DNA of 64,000 bases, from positions 3,569 through 67,568 of the forward strand of contig CAYTYP010000022.1 of assembly GCA_964441405.1 (NCBI GenBank), written 5' to 3'. This document shows, piece after piece, positions 8,438 through 17,300 of this stretch. How positions within the stretch are numbered: position 1 is the first letter of the stretch; every line of letters starts with the position of its first letter. The notes beneath the pieces are model-generated. The model worked only from the letters and a program-made list of their open reading frames with translations, was not told the DNA's origin and searched no databases. The position numbers and the translations under genes are program-made. The DNA comes from an uncultured Acidobacteriota bacterium. GTDB lineage: Bacteria > Acidobacteriota > UBA6911.

Positions 8438-9583
8438 ATGATCCCAAGAACAAAATATTTCAATAGAATTGCCGATGCTGTTGATCGAACCCCTGTTACT
8501 GCCCTGCTGGGTCCCAGGCAATGCGGTAAAACAACGCTTGCCCGTCAATTCTCAGAAAATAAGAAATCTTTCTTTTTCGATCTGGAATCCACGCCTGACC
8601 AGCAGCGACTGCAAAACGCGGAGCTTGTACTCGGGAATTTAGAGGGACTGGTTGTCCTGGATGAAATTCAAACCATGCCTGAGCTATTTCGGGTGTTGAG
8701 AGTGCTGGTGGATCGTCCTGAAAACAAAGCCCGCTTCTTGATCTTGGGAAGCGCCTCTCCCGGTATTATAAAGAAAACTTCAGAAACACTGGCAGGGCGT
8801 ATTGAGTTTGTCGAATTGCACGGATTTGATTTACCGGAAATCGGGCCGGATCAATGGAAGAGCTTATGGCTGCGCGGCGGTTTTCCTCGATCTTTTCTTT
8901 CCCAATCGGAGGAGGACAGCCTAGCCTGGCGCGAAGGATTTATGCGCACTTTTCTTGAACGGGACATCCCTCAGTTGGGAATCAATATTCCAGCGCCGGC
9001 TATGCGCCGTTTCTGGACGATGTTAGCCCATTATCATGGCCAAACATGGAACGCCTCCGAAATCGGACGTTCGATGGGGTTATCAGACAAGACCATCCGC
9101 TCCTATCTGGATCTCTTAACCGGCACCTTCATGGTTCGGCAGCTTCAACCTTGGTACGAAAATATCGGCAAACGACAACTGAAAAAACCCAAGGTCTATC
9201 TTCGTGATACGGGCCTGCTACACAGCCTTTTGGATATTAGGGACTACCACGCCTTACTGGGAAACCCTAAAGCGGGAGCATCATGGGAAGGATTTGCATT
9301 GGAACAGGTTTTGCAAATACTTCATCCATCTCAAGCGTATTTTTGGGGAACGCATAATCTGGCCGAACTGGATTTGCTGCTTTTTCATAATGGACGTCGC
9401 TTTGGCATTGAGGTGAAATTTTCCGAATCTCCCAGGATTACGCCCTCCATGAAGATCGCGGTGAAAGATTTGGAGCTTTCCCATTTGTGGATCATCTATC
9501 CCGGACAGCATGATTATCCTGTGGAGACAAATATATCTGTCCATTCACTTCAAAACATCGCCCGATTACTTATTTTAAAATAA
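8438..9583 (+). CDS. AAA_14 ATPase with DUF4143 C-terminal domain (second paralogue)
   Basis: Walker A GPRQCGKT, Walker B VVLDEIQ, FLILGSAS, ETLAGR, KKPKVYLRDTGL and ELDL...GIEVK motifs. Confidence 0.92.
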   Translation: MIPRTKYFNRIADAVDRTPVTALLGPRQCGKTTLARQFSENKKSFFFDLESTPDQQRLQNAELVLGNLEGLVVLDEIQTMPELFRVLRVLVDRPENKARFLILGSASPGIIKKTSETLAGRIEFVELHGFDLPEIGPDQWKSLWLRGGFPRSFLSQSEEDSLAWREGFMRTFLERDIPQLGINIPAPAMRRFWTMLAHYHGQTWNASEIGRSMGLSDKTIRSYLDLLTGTFMVRQLQPWYENIGKRQLKKPKVYLRDTGLLHSLLDIRDYHALLGNPKAGASWEGFALEQVLQILHPSQAYFWGTHNLAELDLLLFHNGRRFGIEVKFSESPRITPSMKIAVKDLELSHLWIIYPGQHDYPVETNISVHSLQNIARLLILK

Positions 9584-9606
9584 TTGGTGACAGGCACGAA
9601 TTCCAT

Positions 9607-9951
9607 TTACATCATATATTCGCCGAGGCCTTCAAGATTGACGCCATCCTCAAAGAAAAAGATCACATGCTCAAAGCCCATGACATACGCGATCACCAGT
9701 TCTTGATGCGAGAAAAGCGAACCACGAGATTGCGTACCAGAGTCCATTCGCTCGCGCTTGAAATCGATGAAGAGGTAGTAGTCAGACCTTCAAAGCTCGC
9801 CGATGGTCCCAGAGTTGACGTCCTGAATGCTTTGAGCCTGGAGAGCGACATAGGGTCGGAATCCCTGAGAGGAGAACCACTCGGCTATGGCGTGGGCAAT
9901 GTCACGTTCGCCTTCACGATGTCCGCAGCTGATAAAGACCCGCGCTCGCAT
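9607..9951 (-). pseudogene. TIR-like / nucleoside-2-deoxyribosyltransferase-like domain gene with an in-frame TGA (not in the ORF track)
   Basis: Manual translation: RBS GGGAGG, then MRARVFISCGHREGERDIAHAIAEWFSSQGFRPYVALQAQSIQDVNSGTIGEL*RSDYYLFIDFKRERMDSGTQSRGSLFSHQELVIAYVMGFEHVIFFFEDGVNLEGLGEYMM*. The internal stop is at 9790-9792. Confidence 0.65.
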
Positions 9952-9982
9952 CTCTCGTCCTCCCTTGCAGCTTAACTAAAAT

Positions 9983-10414
9983 TTACGGATCGACTTTGCG
10001 CTTTAGCATGCCTCGCTCGCTTTTTGTAATAGGCACTCCGGAGCCATATCGAGTCAGTTCGCCCTCTAATCCATTTTTTCCATGCATAATTATGAACCGG
10101 CCCATTGGCAGGTCAAATACATACATCAGCGCATCTGCCTGCTTTGATATGCCCTTGAAAGGCGGATCGTTGAAATCTGCCTGGAATCGTCCATCAGCCA
10201 TTCGGGATATAACGATTTTATAAACATGCTTCTCAGATGCCGGAACATAAGAGCTTTCCGCAAGAAGCATTGATGGGAAAGGTGGAGTCGATGAGTGAGA
10301 CCAGACACGATCCACTTGGAAATACCATACACCGTCTATTTCATCGGATGTGGTTGCGTTTGGCGACCAAAGGGCCATTATCAGCAACACGCCAATTGGT
10401 ATTCTGGCAGTCAT
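9983..10414 (-). CDS. secreted hypothetical protein
   Basis: GGAG RBS 10 nt upstream of MTARIPIGVLLIMALWSPNA (signal-like), followed by a beta-rich mature part. Confidence 0.6.
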   Translation of the reverse strand: MTARIPIGVLLIMALWSPNATTSDEIDGVWYFQVDRVWSHSSTPPFPSMLLAESSYVPASEKHVYKIVISRMADGRFQADFNDPPFKGISKQADALMYVFDLPMGRFIIMHGKNGLEGELTRYGSGVPITKSERGMLKRKVDP

Positions 10415-10484
10415 TTTACTCATCTCCATTGAATGAAGGGCATGGCTTTTGCGGGCGTTGCGGGTATCTGTGTACATTTTCCAT

Positions 10485-11059
10485 TTATGGCATTTGGCAG
10501 AGATGACGGAAGGTGTCAATCCCCGGTGACTTTGATAAATAGGCATTCAAATCCGCGTCGTCCCAGCGAAAGAATGGATTGGTTTCACATTCCTCTTCGA
10601 GCAGAAGTGGAACAGTTGGCTTTCGCAAAACCGCGGAAGCTTCGAGTCTTTTGAGCCGCGCTGCAAGCCGGACATTATCCGGGTCGATGCCGGAGGATTC
10701 ACGCACATACTGCAGCGTGTATGTCCGGGCACATCTAGTATGGCTGCGTTTCGTCCGCATACTGTGATGGAATCGCCCTCTTTCAAAAATCCAGTCTGAT
10801 CTGGAATTCTGCCCCGATCTCCGAGACCGCCATAGACCGGAATTCTCGGAAAATGACTCAATAAAGCTTTATTGCCGCCTGTGTGATCCTGATGATGATG
10901 GGTATTGAGAATTGCGGTTAATCGCCGGCCTGTCTTGGCCAAATATTGGAGAACAGGCGCGGCATCGCCCGGATCAACGGCAGCGGCGTCCTCCGTCGAA
11001 TCACTGAGGAGCATGAAAATGTAATTATCCGCCAGGGCAGGCACAATCTGTATTTGCAT
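10485..11059 (-). pseudogene. gloB: hydroxyacylglutathione hydrolase (glyoxalase II) with internal deletion and frameshift
   Basis: PALADNYI, VDPGDAAPV, THHHQDHTGGN and VPGHT, then a jump in another frame to DPDN...PTVP..LEEECETNPFFRW. The central GDTLF/GCGRLFEG/CAHEYT block is missing. Confidence 0.85.
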
Positions 11060-11061
11060 AA

Positions 11062-11199
11062 TTAGGATCCCAACGCTTTTTTCGAGGCAAATACGTACGC
11101 TCTTCGGTTTTGGTATTCAACATCAGGGTATGGATCTCTTTCGACTGCTTCGACCGCTTCAAATCCAATCTCTTTCAAATAACGAATAATAGAATCTGT
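11062..11199 (-). pseudogene. C-terminal remnant of a class I SAM methyltransferase
   Basis: IIRYLKEIGFEAVEAVERDPYPDVEYQNRRAYVFASK resembles a methyltransferase C-terminus. It starts exactly at the 25-bp repeat and ends 2 nt before the gloB start. Confidence 0.55.
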
Positions 11200-11224
11200 T
11201 ATAGGAAGGATAAGCCGCGTCTTT
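11200..11224 (+). repeat. 25-bp perfect direct repeat, copy 2
   Basis: Identical to 8288-8312. Confidence 0.9.
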
Positions 11225-11263
11225 TCAGATTCTCTTCTTATCAAGTCGGCTCCAGCTGCTGAT

Positions 11264-11282
11264 AATGCAATATGTCTGCTGA
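11264..11282 (+). repeat. 19-bp direct repeat, right copy
   Basis: 18/19 identical to 6379-6397. Confidence 0.7.
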
Positions 11283-11320
11283 ATTTCTAATTGCATGACT
11301 GCCTAAATCGCCAAATATAT

Positions 11321-12016
11321 TTAGCTCTTTCTTGTCAACCGGCGCACAAGGGCTGCATCAAGAGGACCATTGCGTTGATTATTCCGGCAAACCAATGTGC
11401 GCAACCCTACTACGTCGGCGCCCAAATCACGAACCACCGGCAAGTCCTGTTCGCGCAGGGCGCCCGCCAAACCGAACATCAGACCTCCGGCGTGAGCTTC
11501 CTCGATAAGTCGCCCGATCTCCTGCAAATCGATAAAATCAAACAAGTTATGTCCATCTTTGATTGCAGTGTCCAGCAAACAGCCTTGAACGCCGGCTGCC
11601 AGAGCCACTCGCGGCAAAAATTCCGGTCGCAATGAGCCGGTTCGATTGGAATCGGCGTAGCCTGCGGCAATAATGGAACATTCATACTGGTGGAGGGCGC
11701 TTTTCACTGCGCCGAGCAGCGCAATGGCATCAGCCTCGTTGCGAGGGCCATATAAACCTGCTTTCACATAATCCGCTCCGCATACAGCAGCTCCGAGAGC
11801 GGCCAAAGCAGCTGTTCCGGGCAGGTTAGGCAAATCCCCTATCGCAACACTGATCTTTACCTTGCCCGTTGCCAGTTTTTTTATTTCTTTGATAGTTTGA
11901 GGAGATTGGGCGCCCAGAGAACCTTCCGCCGGATTCTTGATATCAAGAATTTCCGCGCCGCCTTGTAAGGCTTCGCGCGCTTCATCCGCAGACACAACGC
12001 TGATCATTAAAAGCAT
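11321..12016 (-). CDS. mfnB: (5-formylfuran-3-yl)methyl phosphate synthase (4-HFC-P synthase, DUF556/UPF0264, orf22)
   Basis: LLMISV...EAREAL.GGAEILDIKNPAEGSLGA, SVAIGD, GADYVKAGL, AAGYAD, LLDTAIKDG and GLAGAL motifs. Confidence 0.9.
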   Translation of the reverse strand: MLLMISVVSADEAREALQGGAEILDIKNPAEGSLGAQSPQTIKEIKKLATGKVKISVAIGDLPNLPGTAALAALGAAVCGADYVKAGLYGPRNEADAIALLGAVKSALHQYECSIIAAGYADSNRTGSLRPEFLPRVALAAGVQGCLLDTAIKDGHNLFDFIDLQEIGRLIEEAHAGGLMFGLAGALREQDLPVVRDLGADVVGLRTLVCRNNQRNGPLDAALVRRLTRKS

Positions 12017-12027
12017 AAGCTTATTTA

Positions 12028-12101
12028 CGATTGATAATTGACGATTTGAACCATACATAATTATCAAAAAACGCCATGGATTACACCGATTTCACCGATT
12101 T
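12028..12101. repeat. heptamer (ACGATTG-type) and nonamer (ATTTCACCG-type) repeats upstream of mfnB
   Basis: acgattg ataattg acgattt at 12028-12048; attacaccg atttcaccg attt at 12080-12101. Confidence 0.55.
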
Positions 12102-12202
12102 AAAAAATTCTGATGGAGAATTTATTGAATTAATAGTGAAATGCGTGGAATTCGTGACGTTTTTTCGTTTTTGAAAATTCATGGCCAAAATACGGAGATA
12201 AA

Positions 12203-12211
12203 TGCTATAAT
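12203..12211 (+). promoter_or_regulatory. extended -10 promoter (TGCTATAAT) for the rpmE cluster
   Basis: Perfect TGn-TATAAT ending 54 nt before the rpmE ATG. Confidence 0.6.
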
Positions 12212-12265
12212 AAGCGTTTATCTTCGGGCGATAAAGTAAGAGTGAGCCCGCAAAACGAGGTTGAA

Positions 12266-12487
12266 ATGAAAGAAGGAATTCATCCCAAGTACCCTAAGAT
12301 TCTAGTAACATGCGCTTGCGGAAATAAATTCGAGACGCATTCCACTAAATCAGAGATTCGGTTGGAGTTATGCTCCGCATGCCATCCGTTCTTCACCGGA
12401 AAGCAGAAGTTGGTCGACACCGCAGGCCGAATCGAGCGATTCAATAAACGATACGGCAAGGGCAAAGAAACTCCACCCACATCCTGA
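12266..12487 (+). CDS. rpmE: 50S ribosomal protein L31 (zinc-binding, C+ type)
   Basis: [27 protein letters not shown] and [11 protein letters not shown] motifs. Confidence 0.97.
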   Translation: MKEGIHPKYPKILVTCACGNKFETHSTKSEIRLELCSACHPFFTGKQKLVDTAGRIERFNKRYGKGKETPPTS

Positions 12488-12497
12488 GAATTTTTTG

Positions 12498-13460
12498 ATG
12501 TCGAGTACAAAGTCCAAAGCGTCGCCCGAGGACATTCTGGTAGGCGGTCAGGCCGTCATTGAAGGTGTCATGATGCGCACGCCTCATGCCTATGCAGTAG
12601 CGGTGCGGCGAGCGGACGGATCCATCGAGGTAAAAAAAGAGTCGGTAAAGCGCTTATCCGAATATTGGAAGCCTCTATCCTGGCTTGTAATCCGCGGTTT
12701 TGCCGTCCTGGTCCAATCGATGGCATTAGGGTTGGGCACATTGAATTATTCCATCAATGTGGCTATGAAGGATTTAGAGCCGGAGTCGCCTGAAAAACCG
12801 AAAAAAAAGAAAGAAAGCACGGCGTTGCCGATTGCGCTTTCCATGATCCTCGGCGTAGCGGCGGCCGTTCTCCTTTTTATTCTTTTCCCCCTCTGGATCA
12901 CCACATGGATGAAAGGATACATTGCGGCTGTCCATAACTGGGTGGTCTTCAACCTGGTGGATGGGCTTATCCGCGTAATCATTTTTCTGGCCTACCTTTT
13001 ATTGGTAAGCATGATGAAAGATATCCGCCGGGTGTTTCAGTACCATGGCGCGGAACACAAGGTTGTTCATACGTGGGAAGCGAAAGAAGAACTCACGGTG
13101 GAAAACGCAAGCAGGAAATCAACATTGCATCCTCGTTGCGGCACCAGTTTTCTGATGTTTGTTATGGTCGTCAGCATCATTGTATTTTCCATCTTCAAGT
13201 TCAATGCTTTCTGGGCAATTTTCCTTTCAAGGATTGTGTTGATCCCTATCGTCTCCGGGTTGTCTTATGAGTTGATCCGTCTTTCAGCTCCTCGCTGCCA
13301 AAAAGGCTTTTTCCGTTTGATCGTGCTCCCCGGGCTGGCTCTGCAGCACATCACTACCAAGCCGCCTACGGACGATCAGCTGGAAGTCGCTATCCGCGCG
13401 CTGAAGGAATCCCTCGAGCTCGAAAGCATCAAGGCGCGTGAAGCGCAGACGGCCGCCTAG
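12498..13460 (+). CDS. DUF1385 (YqhQ-like) membrane protein
   Basis: VGGQAVIEGVMMR, FQYHGAEHK, HPRCGTSF and GLALQHITTKPP motifs; typical position between rpmE and prfA/prmC. Confidence 0.92.
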   Translation: MSSTKSKASPEDILVGGQAVIEGVMMRTPHAYAVAVRRADGSIEVKKESVKRLSEYWKPLSWLVIRGFAVLVQSMALGLGTLNYSINVAMKDLEPESPEKPKKKKESTALPIALSMILGVAAAVLLFILFPLWITTWMKGYIAAVHNWVVFNLVDGLIRVIIFLAYLLLVSMMKDIRRVFQYHGAEHKVVHTWEAKEELTVENASRKSTLHPRCGTSFLMFVMVVSIIVFSIFKFNAFWAIFLSRIVLIPIVSGLSYELIRLSAPRCQKGFFRLIVLPGLALQHITTKPPTDDQLEVAIRALKESLELESIKAREAQTAA

Positions 13461-13529
13461 CGGTTCCGCCCGCGTCCTCTCTCCTGTTTTCTTTTCATCT
13501 CTGCTAAATTTTAATTAACTGGATGTCCT

Positions 13530-14597
13530 ATGATCGACAAGCTTAACGCTTTAGAAAAAAAATTCGAAGATCTAAACACCCTTCTCGCAGACCCGGCCGT
13601 ACTTGCAGATCATTCAACATACAAGAAACATGCAAAGGCCTACAGCGAACTGCGCGAGATTGTGGAGAAATTCCGCGAATTCAAGGACATTTTGCGCGAG
13701 ATCGAGGAAGCCAGGGCGCTGGTCTCATCCGAATCCGACCAGGAAATGCGCAAGCTCGCGGATGAGGAATTAACAGCGCTCCAGGAGCGTGAAAAAGAAT
13801 GCTTCAAGGATCTTCAATTTCTATTAATGCCCAAAGATCCCCATGATGATAAAAACGTTCTTCTGGAAATACGGGCCGGCACGGGAGGCAACGAGTCGAC
13901 GCTTTTCGCAGCAGAGCTTTTTCGGATGTACTCCCGGTATGCAGAACGCAACGGATGGCGCGTGGAAATTATGGAAGAGCATTCATCCGAGGTAGGCGGT
14001 TATAAGGAAATCATTGCAATTATTGAAGGGGATCGCGTCTACAGCAAATTGAAATACGAAAGCGGCGTTCATCGCGTCCAGCGAGTGCCGGCCACGGAAG
14101 CCAACGGCCGCATCCATACGTCCGCAGTTACTGTAGCCGTTCTTCCGGAAGCGGATGAAGTGGAAGTGGCCGTCGATCAGAAGGATATCCGCATCGATAC
14201 TTTCTGCTCTTCCGGGCCTGGCGGCCAGTCTGTAAATACAACCTATTCCGCAGTCCGGATCACCCATATCCCAACAGGCCTGGTGGTGTCCTGCCAAGAT
14301 GAGAAATCACAGATCAAAAACCGCGCTAAGGCAATGCGCGTCCTACGGTCGAGACTCTACGATATTGCGCTCCAGGAACAACAAAAAACGATTGCAGAAG
14401 ACCGCAAAAGCCAGGTTGGCTCCGGAGATCGCAGTGAAAAAATCCGGACCTATAATTTCCCTCAAAACCGTGTCACCGATCATCGAATCGGCCTGACAGT
14501 CCACAATCTTCCGGAAATGCTGGATGGCAATATAAAATCGATGCTGGAAGCTCTCTTTACCTATTACCAGGCGGAACGGTTGAAAGAAGCCGTGTAA
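13530..14597 (+). CDS. prfA: peptide chain release factor 1
   Basis: PAT anticodon-mimic (RVPATE), GGQ motif, [21 protein letters not shown]. Confidence 0.98.
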   Translation: MIDKLNALEKKFEDLNTLLADPAVLADHSTYKKHAKAYSELREIVEKFREFKDILREIEEARALVSSESDQEMRKLADEELTALQEREKECFKDLQFLLMPKDPHDDKNVLLEIRAGTGGNESTLFAAELFRMYSRYAERNGWRVEIMEEHSSEVGGYKEIIAIIEGDRVYSKLKYESGVHRVQRVPATEANGRIHTSAVTVAVLPEADEVEVAVDQKDIRIDTFCSSGPGGQSVNTTYSAVRITHIPTGLVVSCQDEKSQIKNRAKAMRVLRSRLYDIALQEQQKTIAEDRKSQVGSGDRSEKIRTYNFPQNRVTDHRIGLTVHNLPEMLDGNIKSMLEALFTYYQAERLKEAV

Positions 14598-14600
14598 CGG

Positions 14601-14697
14601 AATTACGAGTGACGAATAACGAATGACGAATTGAACCATACAGCCAAGTAGTTGGGAATATTTATTAGTTCGTCATTCGTCACTCGTAATTCGTAAT
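14601..14697. repeat. heptamer-repeat inverted-repeat element between prfA and prmC
   Basis: GAATGAC-type units. There is a 17-bp perfect IR, AATTACGAGTGACGAAT (14601-14617) / ATTCGTCACTCGTAATT (14675-14691). Confidence 0.85.
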
Positions 14698-14709
14698 AGT
14701 CCTGAAATT

Positions 14710-15576
14710 ATGATAATCCGGGATGCTCGAACAAGGGCTGTCGAGGAACTGCGAAGAGGGGATGTTAAATCTCCGGAGTTGGCGGCAGACCTATTGCTCG
14801 GTTTCACTCTTGGCTGGGACAGGGTTCGGATCATCAGCCACCCCGAAAAAGCCATAACTGAGGACCTCTGGATCCATTTCAAAAGCCTTGTCCAGCGGCA
14901 CGCTTCAGGCGAACCCCTTAATTATCTAACCGGTGAAAGGGAATTTTATGGCCTCTCTTTCCGGGTAACGCCCGCTGTTTTAATACCCCGCCCCGAGACT
15001 GAGCTTCTGGTTGAAAAGACAATTGAGCTTCTGAAAAGCTATCCGTCGCCGGCCCGGTTCCTGGATATCGGGGCAGGATCGGGCTGCATCTCGATAGCAA
15101 TCGCTCACGAAGTTCCCTCCGCAATAGGCTGGGCTGTGGATATTTCGGCGGCTGCGTTGGAGGTTGCAAAACAAAACGCCTGCCGGCACGGGGTCGCCGA
15201 TCGGATTCATTTTTTACAGGGAGATCTGCTGGAGAGCTTTCTCCCAAACTCAACCTTTGATTTTATTTTGAGCAATCCACCCTACGTGCCCCTGGAAGAA
15301 TGTGATACTCTCCCTTCCGACGTTATAAATTATGAGCCTCACCTGGCTTTATTTGGAGGCTTGACAGGATTGGAAATTTATTCCCGTTTAATTCCCCAAG
15401 TTCCAGGCCATCTTGTCCCGGAGGGATATCTATTGATTGAATCGGGGGCCGGTCAGACAGAACGGATTCAGGAACTAATAGAAAAAACAGGCCTGTCTTT
15501 ACAAATGATTTTAAATGATTTGCAGGAGATTCCCCGTTGCCTGATCGCACGGAAGATCTGGAGAAATAATGGATAA
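14710..15576 (+). CDS. prmC: release factor glutamine N5-methyltransferase
   Basis: GEPLNYLTG.REFYG, LIPRPETE, LDIGAGSGCI, SNPPY and YEPHLALFGG motifs. Confidence 0.96.
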   Translation: MIIRDARTRAVEELRRGDVKSPELAADLLLGFTLGWDRVRIISHPEKAITEDLWIHFKSLVQRHASGEPLNYLTGEREFYGLSFRVTPAVLIPRPETELLVEKTIELLKSYPSPARFLDIGAGSGCISIAIAHEVPSAIGWAVDISAAALEVAKQNACRHGVADRIHFLQGDLLESFLPNSTFDFILSNPPYVPLEECDTLPSDVINYEPHLALFGGLTGLEIYSRLIPQVPGHLVPEGYLLIESGAGQTERIQELIEKTGLSLQMILNDLQEIPRCLIARKIWRNNG

Positions 15577-16822
15577 AATTCGCGTGATCGGCGGCAATTG
15601 TCTGTCAGGGCGCATTGAAATCAGCGGCGCTAAAAACGCCGCATTGCCTGCAATGGCTGCGTCTCTTCTAACCGCAGACACTTTACATCTGGAAAACGTC
15701 CCCTATGTCCGGGACATTTTAACAACTCGTAATCTGCTGAGGGAAATGGGCGGCGAAGTGGAAGTTCAAGAGAACGGAACTGCCACGTTAAGAGCTTCCA
15801 ATATTAATGGTTTCGAAGCGCCCTACGAACTTGTCAAAACCATGCGAGCGTCCATTTTGGTCCTGGGACCGCTAGTCAGTAGATTCAAAAAAGCAAGGGT
15901 ATCCCTTCCTGGGGGCTGCGCGATCGGAGCGCGCCCAGTCAATCTCCATATCATGGGATTGGAAAAAATGGGCGCAGTCTGCGAAATCGTGCATGGATTC
16001 ATAGAAGCTTCCACCGAAGGACTGCACGGATCTTACATTCTGATGGATACGGTAACGGTCACCGGAACTGAAAACCTGATGATGGCTGCAACGCTGGCCG
16101 AGGGTGAAACCGTTTTAGATAATGCCGCATGCGAACCGGAAGTGAGCGATCTGGCCAACCTGCTGCGCGGCATGGGCGCTCAAATCGACGGGGACGGAAC
16201 CCGCTCCATTCGAATTCGCGGAGTCAAAAAACTTCACGGATGCCACCATAAGATCATGGCAGATCGCATCGAAGCCGGAACTTTTGCGATCGCCGGCGCA
16301 ATAACTCATGGCGATGTGGAGATTGCAAACTGCAATCCCAGACATTTGACCGCAGTCCTGACCCAATTGAGTCAAACAGGAGCCGAGGTAATGATGGGTC
16401 CCGATCACTTTCGCATCATAGGCAGGGACCCGATTATATCCAAGAACGTTGCTACCTACCCTTACCCGGCATTCCCAACCGACATGCAGGCTCAGTACAT
16501 GGCTTTAATGACCCAGGGCGACGCCAGCGCCGTTATTACTGAAACCATTTTCGAAAACCGGTTCATGCATGCTTTGGAAATGATCCGGATGGGCGCCGAC
16601 ATCACGATCGACGGACGGCAGGCGATAGTCAAGGGCAGACAACCCCTGACAGGCGCACACGTTTTGGCTTCGGATCTGAGGGCCAGCGCTTCGCTGATTT
16701 TAGCGGGACTCGTGGCTAAAGGGGAAACCATAATCGATAGGGTTTATCATTTGGACAGGGGTTACTATCGGATTGAAGAAAAGCTCGCTCAACTCGGAGC
16801 GAACATCGAGCGGATTAAGTAG
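15569..16822 (+). CDS. murA: UDP-N-acetylglucosamine 1-carboxyvinyltransferase
   Basis: SGAKNAALP, MRASILVLGPL, LPGGCAIGARP (active-site Cys present), FPTDMQAQ, IFENRF and SDLRA motifs. Confidence 0.98.
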   Translation: MDKIRVIGGNCLSGRIEISGAKNAALPAMAASLLTADTLHLENVPYVRDILTTRNLLREMGGEVEVQENGTATLRASNINGFEAPYELVKTMRASILVLGPLVSRFKKARVSLPGGCAIGARPVNLHIMGLEKMGAVCEIVHGFIEASTEGLHGSYILMDTVTVTGTENLMMAATLAEGETVLDNAACEPEVSDLANLLRGMGAQIDGDGTRSIRIRGVKKLHGCHHKIMADRIEAGTFAIAGAITHGDVEIANCNPRHLTAVLTQLSQTGAEVMMGPDHFRIIGRDPIISKNVATYPYPAFPTDMQAQYMALMTQGDASAVITETIFENRFMHALEMIRMGADITIDGRQAIVKGRQPLTGAHVLASDLRASASLILAGLVAKGETIIDRVYHLDRGYYRIEEKLAQLGANIERIK

Positions 16823-16846
16823 TCGTCAGTAAAAAAAGGAAATCCA

Positions 16847-17155
16847 ATGACCAAAGAAGACAGACCCGTTCAAATCATTGCCGATCACACCATCCAGTCG
16901 TCGCGCATTTATTCCAATTACGTCCAGGTAAGCGTTTCGCCCATTGATTGCACCTTGACCTTCTGCGATGTCATCGGTCCTCAGAGCGAGGAAGACGCCC
17001 TGAAAATGCAAAAGACCGGAGTATTGCCGGCGCCGGTCAAAGCCGTAATTGCCATCCCTAACCAGATTATCGACGGTTTGATCCAAGCTCTCCAGGCGCA
17101 ACGCGATAAACAGGTCGGAGAAGGAAAACCTTCGAACGACACCACGGTTCAGTAA
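16847..17155 (+). CDS. DUF3467-like small protein
   Basis: IYSNYVQVSVSPIDCTLTF...AVIAIP..I..LI.AL pattern. Confidence 0.7.
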   Translation: MTKEDRPVQIIADHTIQSSRIYSNYVQVSVSPIDCTLTFCDVIGPQSEEDALKMQKTGVLPAPVKAVIAIPNQIIDGLIQALQAQRDKQVGEGKPSNDTTVQ

Positions 17156-17193
17156 AATAATTCCGGCCCCTGCATTTCTTTCGTGGACCCGGA

Positions 17194-17234
17194 CGGCGCC
17201 GGGATCTTCTTATAAAACTTCGATCCCGGCGCCG
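17194..17234. terminator. GC-rich hairpin after the rpmE-murA-DUF3467 cluster
   Basis: CGGCGCCGGGATC / GATCCCGGCGCCG 13-bp IR. There is no clear U-tract. Confidence 0.45.
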
Positions 17235-17300
17235 ATGTATGCATTTATTTGATTCTTCCAACAAGAACTGACGTAATATATCCGGATAGGGAGGCTGTCG

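Noticed and set aside
9790-9792. In-frame TGA as selenocysteine
   Set aside because: The context is not Cys-like or redox-related and no SECIS-like hairpin is evident downstream. A nonsense mutation is simpler.
9667-9975. 102-aa plus-strand ORF
   Set aside because: The opposite strand has an RBS and TIR-like motifs, so this ORF is a shadow.
9960-9985. GTTAAGC before the TIR-like gene as an integron attC core site
   Set aside because: There is no matching inverse core or attC stem upstream, no repeated attC sites and no integrase.
13530-14597. Programmed frameshift in the release factor
   Set aside because: The gene is RF1 (PAT motif) and uninterrupted. The known frameshift applies to prfB.
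14601-14697. Short repeats as a CRISPR array
   Set aside because: The units are 7 bp without unique spacers, and there are no cas genes. No CRISPR array was seen anywhere in the window.
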